Positions 1-10,950 of a DNA stretch of 64,000 bases are shown one piece after another (within the stretch, counting starts at the first letter, position 1; the number at the start of each line of letters is the position of its first letter). The translations under genes and the position numbers were made by a program. The notes under the pieces were generated by a model. That model made no database searches. It was not told where the DNA came from and worked only from the letters and a program-made list of their open reading frames with translations. Source of the stretch: Ptychomitrium polyphyllum (lineage: Eukaryota); assembly GCA_973851085.1 (NCBI GenBank), contig OZ316776.1, forward strand, positions 13,454,001 to 13,518,000, written 5' to 3'.

Positions 1-2516
1 TGAGGAACAGGAGCGAGTTTTTTTGTGGCACTGCTGTTCTTTCCAAGAGAATGGCAAAGTGTTTGTCACAGCCTGCAGGGGTCGAACAGGAACCAGATCC
101 AGGGGTATTGGCATTGGCTAATTCTTCGACCATGCCAACGGCAATAGTAGAAGTAGGGAGCATGGGCAGACATCGGATAGTGGCCAGTGACACATTGTCA
201 GCCCTTCCGTTCCGTGAGAGAATGAGCGATAAAGGAGTGCCACGTTATTAGTTTAGTATGCAGGATACGGTATTTTGCAGAGTACGATAGGATGCGCCGG
301 TGCTTGGGACGTACAACCTGAAGACGTGACCAGCTTAGTAGCGTTCATGTAGGTTGCATGGGAGGGGATGATGCTGGAACTCGCAGGAATCTGTTTCAGC
401 ACTGTATAGATCAACGTGTCAGGCTCGGTTCGGCTTGGCAATGGCAGAGCCTGGGACAATAATTCTTCATTTGAAGAGTAGCTGACGATTCCACTATCCT
501 CCTGGACGTCCTTCTGTTGCGCTTTCAGCAGTCGAACTCCACATTGCTCGTCCATGAGCTTGCTTCTGCATACAGTTCCAAGGATCCCGTTATTCTTTAG
601 CTTGATAGTGTGATATCGACCCAGTTTAGCGGTTTGTCAGATTTCATTTATGTGCCAGCCGTCCTGGTCCTTAGTCTGGGTTTGTAAAAGTTTGAAACCT
701 CTTTTAAAAGAATACATTGTGTAAGAAATCTCTCTGAGCTTAGGTTCCAAGAGTTTTTTCCCACGTAAGTTGGTACGTAAGCTAATTGTCTTCCTTACTG
801 CAATCAATAGACGGTGTTGGTTCCAGAATTGTGCATTTATGTCCTGCCTTCAGTCCCTAACTTCCAGCATCGTTCTTCACACAGTTATGTTTTTTAAGTT
901 GGGTTAAATATCAGAGACGTGGTGAATGTATAATGTTCTCAACAGGCGTGCTTTTTAATACTATAATATACTTTCAATTGTTTATATTGAACCCCCGAGG
1001 GCTGGTTGCAAGCTGGTTATGGGACACAATGCTTGAATCAAAATAGGAAAATGTATAAAACACTAGCGGGGCACAACATTAGCATGAACTCAGCCTAACA
1101 TATTCGAACAATGTGCTCCTTGCCTTCGGATCTGATCCAGTTTTAGCTGGCTGCAATGGATAACGACACACACATGCTCAAATTGGGAAACAAAGGTGGG
1201 ATTTGCTGTTAGAAGCTTAAGAATATGTGACCCCTTGGGACAAATAGTGTTGGATAAAATTACTTGGTCAAGGGCATTTTGAAAATGAGCATGCGCCAGA
1301 GATGGAGGTGCTCTACCATGCTTGAAGATTAAATGGACGAGTGGGAAGTCACATGTTATAATAGAATCACATTAGGACATTACAAACCTTTGTAAAGTTT
1401 ATATGACATGTACGTTAAATAATATATTATAGATTAAGATAATGTTTCTTTTCTTTTAACGTTTTGATTTGTAACGTTTTGATTTGGAGGTACTTTCAAA
1501 CTTAATAATTAAAACTTCCTTAAATAAGAGAATGTCCATTCTTATGAGTTCCAATTATTGTTTTCACCAAATTTATTTGTATTATGTAATTAATAAATAT
1601 TTTTAGATATATATATCATTTGTTCATTTCAATGATTAGGCTGAGCATGCTCCATCTTTATAATTATTAAACCATACAAACTCTATATTTTGAAGAGCAC
1701 TGAGTTTAAACTTCTCAAACTTTTATACAATAAGAAATTAAGCTCAAAAACATTCTAAATTTTGTGTTCAAGCTTTATTTACAAGGTTTTGATAACTGTC
1801 CTCAAAATAAAGCTAACATCAATGCTTTCTAGCTTCTTTAAAACTACATTTGCTTCACTAAATTGGAATGACAATTTTCATATTCTCAATTGCTTGTTTA
1901 ACTAAATCTTAGCCTTATATTAACTTTCATAACTTCGATTTCATTCAATTTGATTTCATTTTTTAGTTTAATTAATTATAATATACATAATAATAATCAT
2001 TTAATAATTTCAAATGTATCATTTTGTGATTATTATTTTATGATTATGATGATGAATCTAAAATAATAATTATATGATGGTTTAAAGGTGTATACATTGC
2101 ATTTTAAAATATAAGGTTATAAGTGCATGTTAAGGACAAAAATGACCACTTCCTTTTTCTTGTGGTAGATCACTTCAATGTGCCAATTACAACCACCATA
2201 ATTAAATTTAAAAAAATCCATTTACAACTTATAGTAACATTAAAGAACATATATTAAAATGATTATACTGGTAAAGTTTTATAACTTAAGATTTGCATTA
2301 TACTATTTTACAACCACCAATATTTAGTCTTTTGAAATTTGATTTTGATTTTGTAGAATTTTATCTAAAACTAACACAAAAATAGAAACATGTGATTAGA
2401 AAAAAATGGACCTTTTGATAGATTGTACAAGAAAACTCTAGTATTTGCAAGGATTGGCTAATTGTGTCAAGGACATACATATTAGAAGTTTTTAGAAGGA
2501 TCTAGAAGGTCTAAGA

Positions 2517-2952
2517 TGTTAGGGACACAAAAACAAGAAGCAAAGACAAAGTATTTTGCAAAAATTAGCTTCTAAAGAACTAATGATTAACAAAAACTGA
2601 TATTAAGACTAAAGCAATGCAGGATACAATATGATCCACAACTTATGTTGGCAAGACTAAGGTATACCTTGTTTTGCCTCCTATTTATACTATGACGCTT
2701 GTATCTCCTAAGATACTTATGAAGAAGCTTCCTATAAGCTTTAAGAATGTTCTAAAAGTCTATAGAACCTTCCTAAAAAGTTTCTTAAGATAGTAGAACC
2801 TTCTCTGGAAGTTTCGTAAGTTTGTGGAACCTTCCCAAGGAATTTTCCAAGGAGGTGGAAACGGCTATGGAAACATTGCAAGTATTCTAAGAAGTTGCTA
2901 TAATATACCAAAAGGTTCTAAAGACCATGTTGCATGATCTATGTCCGTGGCA
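2517..2952 (-). repeat. 3' LTR of the Gypsy element
   Basis: Minus strand reads tgccacggacatagatc...gtccctaaca and aligns colinearly with 8752-9190. Confidence 0.88.
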
Positions 2953-3628
2953 TCACTTATCCTTTTAATGATGAGTTCCATGGAGCTTTTCTTGTGGCTT
3001 GCTCGTTCCATCTCCATAAATTCCATAATTTGTTGAAGAAGAGACGCACCATATTTTGCTCGTTGGTCTTTGCCCACTCCTTCAATTGATCCTTGCAAAA
3101 AGCACCAATGACCACCAACCAAGACTTCTATTCTTGAAATGTTCCAACTTATGATTTGATTTTGATTAAAAGTTTTGAAACATCTTCCAAACAAATCTTA
3201 GATCCTCTAGGAATGACTCTTCCAACTTCTAACAAGATAATTAGAGCTTGAGAATCTGAATCAAAAGTGGATTGTGAAGGGTGAGTAGCCAATACTTTTG
3301 CATGAGGTTGCATTTGATGTTGGAAGGTCTCTTTCATCTCATGGTGGAAGATCCTCTATTACTGTAGGTTGAAAAAGTTGAGTTTATTCAATAGGTGCTG
3401 CTATTGAAGAAGACATGGCTAACTGCTCTACACGCATATCCATGATCACATAAAGATTTGACATATTAGCTAGGATTTAGAGATGATTTATCTTGGAAAT
3501 AATGTTGCATACAATTGAAGGTTGGATATCTCTTCCCTCTTCTTATACTTGTCTATAATAAAATCTTCTCTGTGAAGCTAACAGCTACTGATAACACGTC
3601 ATCACCAATTTAGTTTTTTAGGATATTT

Positions 3629-6600
3629 TTAATGAAATTTGCATATCTTATCAAATGCATTTGTTACATTCATCAAAGGTTCCCATATTTGATCATTGAT
3701 ACCATATCTTTGCCAATGTATACAATACTCTACAAATTCATTTTTGATGTGTGAATCTAAGATTTCTTTGGCTTTATACTCCATTTTATTATTGATTTCC
3801 ATTGGCGGAAGCAGATGAACAATTCTTTTAGTATACATGATATGTTGTAGGTTTCCAACAAAGATACATGGAATACTAGATGTATTTGCATGGTTGGTGG
3901 TAGTTTGAGGAGATAATTGACCGGATTTATCTGTTTGTTGATTTCAAACAATTCCAGCCTTTAATAGTCTAATTTCTTTGATAGTTTTTTTGTTTGTAAG
4001 TTTTGTTATAAGAGCCATATGCTATCTCCAACCTTGAACTTTGGATGGTCCTTTCAATGACAATTTGAATAAGTTTTGTACCAATTTTGTGCTTATTGTA
4101 ATTGAATGCAAGTTCTTGGTGGATTTTAACAAGTTGAGTTGCAAAATTCTTTGCTGCAGTATTTCTAATATGCTTGATTTGAAATGAGTCTGTTCAAGAA
4201 TGATGGCTATAATTTGCAAAGAATGGACTTTGAATTGTTGAAAAATGCATGGATTTATTATAAACAAACTCTGCCAAAGATAAGAAGTCCATCCAGTTGT
4301 CTTGCTAGCAATTTATGCTGCAACAAAGGTACTATTCCAAAATTTGATTCATATGTTTAGTTTGACCATCAGCCTATAAATGGTGTGCTAAAGAAAGGTT
4401 GATTTTCACGTGTAATAGCTAGAATAAAGCCCTCCAAAAGTTGGAAATGAATTATGGCCCTTGCTTGGATACAATATCATTTAGTAATCCATATATACAA
4501 TAGATGTAATTTAAGAATAATTTGGCAGTTTTTTCTCTCGTTATCATTTTGTTGCATGGAATAAAATACGCCATCTTGATTAACTGATCCACCACAACTA
4601 GGATAGAGTCCTTAAAATTAGAGTTTGGAAGGTCCGTGATAAAATCCATTAACAATGACAACCATGGATCCTTTGGCGCTAGAAGCGGATGGAAGAAACC
4701 ATGAGGTTGGTGTCTTGGTACCTTGACCCTTGCATATTTCACGGACATATATATTAGATGCATCTAGAAAGGTTCTTAGAAGATTTAAAAAACTTCCAAG
4801 GAAGTTTCTTTAACTTAAAAAACTTCCAAGGAAGTTACCTTAGATTTAGGAAGCTTCTAAGGAAGTTACCTCGGCCTAGAAAACTTCCAAGGAAGAAACT
4901 CAAGGTTGTTTGAGTATGAAGCAATGTAGGTGAAGCTTGTCATGAAGTTTCTAAGGCTTGTAGTTTTAGTATATATAGAAGAGGATGAAGAGCTCTTTAG
5001 CCTCAACAAAGCATTTCTTGTGGTCTAATTTAGAACTTCCGGCCTTCTCTTTTGTACCTTGTTGTAACTCTATACTTCTAATATACTTGGACTTATCTTG
5101 TTCTACACTTTGGAATCCTAAGCCTTGTCTTGTGGTTAATCTGTTTGTAACTGTACAAGTGTTGCACAATAGAACAAAGTCCTTCACATATTTCTACATT
5201 TGTGGCCTCCAATAGTCTCTAGCAATCAATTTCATTTTTTTATTGAATCCAAAATGCCCTGAAACTAGAACATCATGACATACTTGAAAGATCTTCAATT
5301 GTAAAAGGCATGGAGGTAGGTACAAAAGTTCTTTATGATAAAGTAGGCCCTCTTGGAATTTAAAGTCGTGATAGCTATTTGAAGGATCTCCATTGTCTTT
5401 GAGGTGCTTCCTCATATTTGAAACAAAGATATCACTTTTTGAGGTCCTTTCAAATTTTGTTGAAATATGATGTTGTGATAATAATAATTGCTTCCATTTG
5501 AAGATTCTGTAGCTTCTATAAAATAGTCCTTTGTTGATAAAAAATATCATTTACAGATTGAGGACCTACAAAAGATCTTCAGGATTAGGCAACTGACTTA
5601 CTTTGTAGGCTACCTAGTCGATAGGTAATAATAAAGTTAAATTTGAAAAGCAATATATTTCACTTTACTTAACGGCAATTCAAAATAAACGCACTCATGA
5701 AATGCTCCAAGTTTTTATGCTCTGTGTATATTGTGATGGTATATTGAGATCCTTTGAACATATGCAGCCATCCTTCAAACGCATCTTTAATTGCAAGTAA
5801 CTCCTTATCATGCTTAATATAGTTGAAATTTGCCATTGAGAACTTCCTTGAATGAAAAGCAATAGGATGGAGTCTTCCGTCTTCATTATATTATGAGAGT
5901 ACTGAGCCAAGCGCAAAATCTAAGGCATCCGATTCTAAATAGAAAAGCTTTGAAGGATTTGAATGAAAAATGATTGGAACCGATATAAATGACATTTTAG
6001 GACCTTGGAATGCTCTATTTTCCTCTTCATTCCAAGTGAATTTTTGCTTCCCCGCAAGTCGTATCAATAATGCAGCAATTTTGGAATGATCTTTGATGAA
6101 TATCCTGTGGAAGTTTGCAAATTCCAAGAAGCATTGAACATTTTGAATTGATGTTGGCGTATTCAACTCCATGACAATGCTTATTTTCTTTTCATCCATA
6201 TAAATTCCACCTTTGGACATGATGTAGCCTAAAAATTCAACCAAGGATTCGTAGAAAAGGCACTTCTTTAATTTGGCATATAATCCTTGATGGCACTAGC
6301 ACATTGACATTTGTGATCTTGTTCATCCTTCAAATATATCAAAATATCATCCAAATAAATGACTACAAAATCGTCCAAATGTTCAAAGAAGATATCATTC
6401 ATCATATATGGAAAGATTGCAGGAGCATCAGTAAGGCCAAAGGCATGACATTATATTCAAAATGGCCATACCTAGATTAAAAGGTTGTCTTCCATTTGTT
6501 TCTTTTTTATGCTTACAAAATTGTAGGCTCCTCTAACATCAATCTTGGTGGATATCTTTGCTTGGCCAAGTTGTTGTAGGAATCCTGAGATTAATGGTAA

Positions 6601-8490
6601 TAAATAACAAATCTTTTTTGTTACTTTTTTGAGGCCTTGATAGTCCACGCATATGCATAATGATCCATCCTTCTTCTTTATAAATAGAATAGATGCTCTA
6701 GCAGGTGATTTAGAATACTGAATGAAGCCTTTTCTATGGTTTTCATCAATATATTCCTTCAAAGCAGTCAATTTGGTTTGTGATAGATTATAAGTAGGTC
6801 CAGAAGGTGGAGTTCCTTCTTGCAATTCAATGGCACAATCGTAAGGCTGATGCTTTGATAATATGTCTACATTCTTCTTCTCAAAAATGTCTTTATAATC
6901 TTAGTATTGATGTGGTACGTTCTGATTAATTTCTATCATAGAGCAAAGATATTTGCGTTGCAGAAATGGCATAGATTGGTTTATTCTTTGCCGCTCTCAT
7001 AAATGCCTTAGCTCTGATAAATGGAGGTCTAAGATTTCTTGTACCTTGACATTATTTCTTTGAGACCACACTCCGTGAGCGCCAATCAATGTCTGAATTA
7101 TGTAATTCAAACCAACAAAGGCTTAAGACAATAAAAGTTGTTTTGCATTGAATGATATTGAAGAGAATCTTAGACGCTTAGTCTCCTAAAACAACCTCTA
7201 AGGGTTGAGTTTCTTCAATAACATTGCTAGATGCAAAAGATCGTCCATCAATAATTTCAACAAATGCGAGATATTTTTTGTTTGTAAGCACCATATTTGG
7301 TTGCAAAATCTTTGAATCTGAAGCATGTTGTTGTACCAATTTCCAAAAGAATTTGACTAACTATTTTACCATCTGACAATTTGATTCATATAGGAAATGT
7401 AAAGCAAGATGTAGGAATTGGAGGTAGTAAGAGACCTTGATTTGATTGTTGTTTCCTTCTAGTAGCCAGTCGCATGGTCCCTATTGTAACTGAACAATTT
7501 CGTTTTCCAATTCTACCATTGTGCTTTGAGCTTTAAAAGCAAATCCCTTGATTCGGCAATCGTGCATCTTATATCCTGACTTACCTCAATACAAATATTA
7601 GTTTCCTCTTTGACGCCTTTCTTTTTCTTCTAGAGCCAAGCGTCTAAATTGGGCAGTATCAATTTGTATTGGTTCTAGACTTTATAGACAGCTTTCCAAT
7701 GCTTTTGAAAAAGTGGTTGCCATACCTTGATGTACCCATTGCCATCTAAAGTATTGTTTTTGGCGCCTCTCAAATAATCTATTGTCACATGCTATTGATT
7801 GAGTAATGAATTTGTCCAACGTTTCAACATTTGGCATTGTGAATAGTAAGTTGTTTACATTCTCTTTCAAGGTCCAAAGGAATTATATGACCAAGGCCTC
7901 ATCATTCCAACCTGGATCGCAAACTAATTGTCAAAACTCTGCAATATATGTAGCAGCCAAGTGCTGTCCTTGTTGTAGACCTTGGATCCTTGTTCAAACA
8001 CCCTCTCTTGGTTGATGTTTCCAAAGGTAGATGTTATTGCTTCCATGAAAGCATCTAAATTGTTCAATAATGGTGACTACTTCTCTATTAATGGTGCAAA
8101 TTACGATAATGCATTTTTTAATAGAAGAGTGGCTACAAATTCCACTTGAGTAGTGCCATCACAATTGCAAAATTGATGCAAATTGAGAAAGCCTAATTTA
8201 TTGAACAAAGTCTCTCAATTTTGATCTTAATTCATCAAATTTTTCTGGCATACTAATTTTTAGAACAACATGGTTTTAACCTAAGCTTTATCTTCCAATA
8301 TTGGCCTCTTGCAATCAATTAAGTTCTTGATATAGACTTTGAATATTGCCATTGGATTCTTTAGCTTGCCGAGTGTGCTGTTTTAAATTATTGGTGGTAT
8401 TGAATTGAGCAAGTTCCATTCGAATTTTGTTTAATAATTTTTGAAGGTTTGCAATAGTTGTAAATCTATTTTATAATGTTTCTTGCATAT
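3629..8490 (-). pseudogene. Fragmented gag-pol polyprotein (many stops and frameshifts)
   Basis: gag ISMPEKFD near 8240 and degenerate zinc knuckle LY*GKSGYKMHDC near 7575. Protease-like LLEIGTTTCF near 7335. RT motifs KKDGSLCICVDYQGL and FVVIYLDDIL near 6350. RNase H FYLESDALDFALG. Integrase GHFGFNK...CNTC and PWLSLLMDFITDLP. GPF-like module HLVFHVSLLE. Chromodomain EYCIHWQRYG...WEP. The 5' boundary is approximate. Confidence 0.92.
4737..5152 (+). mobile_element. Solo LTR inserted in opposite orientation into the integrase zinc-finger codons
   Basis: Begins tttcacggacata (variant of the family start tgtcacggacata) and ends gtaact. Flanked by gcata/gtaca. Removing it restores integrase FVLLCNTCARVKVPRH. 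It contains roughly 30 bp internal repeats with aaacttccaaggaag. Confidence 0.88.
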
Positions 8491-8751
8491 TATCCATACT
8501 TAAAAGACTGTGAGGGACAAGATGATTATGAATATCTTCAAAAGAGGGTAATTTGTGTCTTTTGAAAGATTGATCTTTCTTTAAAAAAAGTAGTACTTGT
8601 TTTAGGATAAGAAACTAATTTTATGATGTCAACTTAGAAGAGGGTAATTTGCAACTCCTAAGACACTATGGAATTTAAAGAGAATAGGTAATATACTATC
8701 TTCTTCGAAGAATCTAAACTCTAACAAAATTGAAAAGTAGTCATGCCAAGC

Positions 8752-9190
8752 TGTTAGAGACACAAAAAACAAGAAGCAAAAACGAATTATTTTCCAAGAA
8801 TTAACTTCCAAAGAGCTAATGATTAACAAGAAATGTTTACAAAGACTAGAGCAAGGTAGGATACAATATGATCCACAACTTGTGTTGGCAAGAGTAAGGT
8901 ATGCCTTGTTTTGCCTCCTATTTACACCATGACGTTTGAATTTTCTTAAGATATTTCTGAAGAAGTTTCCTACAAGGCTTAAGAATGTTCTAGAAGTCTA
9001 TAGAACTTTTCCAAGAAGTTTCTCAAGATAGTAGAAGCTTCCTTGGAAGTTTCCTAAAGTGGTAGAACTTTCCTAGGGAATTTTTCAAACAAGTGGAAAC
9101 AGCTATGGAGACATCAAAAGTATATTAAGAAGCTATTATAACATACCAAAAGGTTCTAAAGACTATGTTGTATGATCTATGTCCGTGGCA
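8752..9190 (-). repeat. 5' LTR of the Gypsy element
   Basis: Diverged direct copy of 2517-2952, sharing for example ggatacaatatgatccacaactt and tgatctatgtccgtggca. Confidence 0.88.
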
Positions 9191-10284
9191 TCACCTCTCT
9201 ATTTAATGATGAGTTCTATGAGGAACTTTTCTTGTGGCTTGCTTGTCACATCTTTACAAATTCCAAAAAATTGCTACATAATCTATGTCTGTGATACCAA
9301 GAGGTTTAAGAGGCTTCTATGAAAGCAACCTATGGTTGTTTGAATTCAAAGTGCTCCATTATTAATCTCTTAAGAAGCCTCTAAAAATTTTTAGATCTAG
9401 TATAAATAATAGACAAGGCTAAAGGATTTTCAAGTCTCAATAATGCATCTTTTGAAGTCTGGCTTAGACTTTCTAGCATTGTACCTTGACGTAATTCATA
9501 GATCTTTATATAAAGTCTAGTTTTTTCATTTCTTCAATCTTTATCTTTCATATTCATTTCTAATAGTTTCTTAAAATTGACTTATAAGCAATATTAACGC
9601 TTGATTTTTTTTAATAGAACGTGAGTTTTTATCTGCTTGAAATACTATGGTGCTTTAGAAGTTGCAAATCACTCTTTTCTAAATTGATATTATTTTTTAT
9701 ATCAAATTCTTCCTGAGTCTAACTTACATAGAACCTCTTATTTATACTATCTTCCATTTGTATGGCTAAAGGTGCAAAAGTTATTATATTGAATTTAAAG
9801 CTGGCTTCAATTATAAATGCTCTTATAGCCTTGAAGATGACAACAAAGACAATACCAAAGTAGAATGAAGAGTTGTATTTGATATTCTATAACAGCCAAG
9901 TATCTATAATATTTCAATAAGCACAATAAATGATCTTTGAAGCTTCTATGTTATAAATGCCAACATCTATTGAGAATCAAGCGCTTGGATTCTTTTTTTA
10001 AAGTAACAGTTCAACAATCAAGGAGCCAAAAAGCTAAAGAACAATCTCTGAAGGAAATTTCATAATTTGCATTTTTAATTTTAAGGCTTTATAAACCAAG
10101 TGTGGTTTATGACTTTATTGAACAACAAGAGTATATAACAGAAGCATCATGTGTTGGATTGGTAAGAACTTTGCTTTTGGAGCAATCTTTGTTTTAATTT
10201 GCTTTATTCTTCAAAAGAATTTTTCCATATTAATTAACTTCAATGTTTTTTAAGGAACATTTGCAAAGACATTTGATGCTTATG

Positions 10285-10660
10285 TGACACAAATATACAT
10301 ATTAGAAGCTTTTAGAAGAACCAAGAAGGCCTAAGGAGGTCTAAAAAGGTTTGTAAAGGATTCAAGAAGGTTTAAAAAGTTTCTGAAAATGCTATCTTGG
10401 TCAAAAAAATTTCCAAGAAAGCAACCTCAAGTTGCTTGAATATAAAGCGTTGATAGCCTCTTAAAAAGCTTTTAAAAGATTCTAGATCTAGTATAAATAT
10501 GAGTCAAGGCTAATGAATCTTTAATCTCAACAACAAATCTCGTGAAGTCTAGCTTAGGCTTTTTAACCTTATACCTTGTCATTATTCTTGATACTGGTAT
10601 AAAGTCCAATTATTTCATCTTTTTGTCTTCAATCTTTGTCTTGTATTTCCACCTATTATA
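10285..10660 (+). mobile_element. Solo LTR related to the other LTRs in the cluster
   Basis: Starts tgacacaaatatacatattagaagc, contains TATA-like gtataaata, and is colinear with 4737-5152 and 9297-9565. The end is approximate. Confidence 0.75.
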
Positions 10661-10739
10661 AATTATTGGTATTAACAACTAAACAATACCATCAAAGTTT
10701 AATGAATACAATTCTTTGGATTATTATGGAAGTAATGCA

Positions 10740-10950
10740 TGTTATAGATGGAAATACAAAGTAATGATTCAAAAGAGAGAGATAGAATAACTAGATTGTA
10801 TTGGAACATTCTAAGACCAAAATAATTACTTCAACAACTTCTTGGAAGTGCCTAAATTTCTTAAGAAACTTTCTAATCTTCTTTGGACTTCAAAGAATTT
10901 TTTTAAACCTTCTTGGACCTTTTGAAAGCTTTCAACATTTGTCTATGACA
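10740..10950 (-). mobile_element. Short, internally deleted solo LTR
   Basis: Minus strand tgtcatagaca...ttccatctataaca has TG...CA ends and is flanked by atgca/ataca, a 5 bp TSD with one mismatch. Confidence 0.65.

Larger units (their letters stand above)
2517..9296 (-). mobile_element. Decayed Ty3/Gypsy chromovirus-type LTR retrotransposon (near full length)
   Basis: Direct repeats at 2517-2952 and 8752-9190 with TG...CA ends. Internal domain order is gag-PR-RT-RH-INT-chromodomain. Flanks ctaaga (2511-2516) and ccaaga (9297-9302) look like a target-site duplication. A purine-rich tract lies just inside the 3' LTR. Confidence 0.93.
2465..9565 (+). mobile_element. Older host LTR split in two (2465-2516 and 9297 to about 9565) by the Gypsy insertion
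   Basis: tgtcaaggacatacatattagaag at 2465 matches the start of the LTR at 10285. Sequence after 9297 matches the later part of that LTR (gaaagcaacct, tagatctagtataaata, tgaagtct). The right end is approximate. Confidence 0.75.

Noticed and set aside
1..600. GC-balanced stretch with ORFs 51-251 (+) and 253-555 (-)
   Set aside because: No recognisable domain and stops in all frames. It may be the tail of a gene or pseudogene outside the window but cannot be supported.
9291..9299. TGGTATCAC on the minus strand resembling a tRNA-iMet primer binding site
   Set aside because: It lies outside the 5' LTR and is better explained as a mutated LTR start (tatcac) abutting the TSD.
9600..10260. Possibly degraded transposase-like sequence between LTRs
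   Set aside because: No motif or ORF could be recognised.
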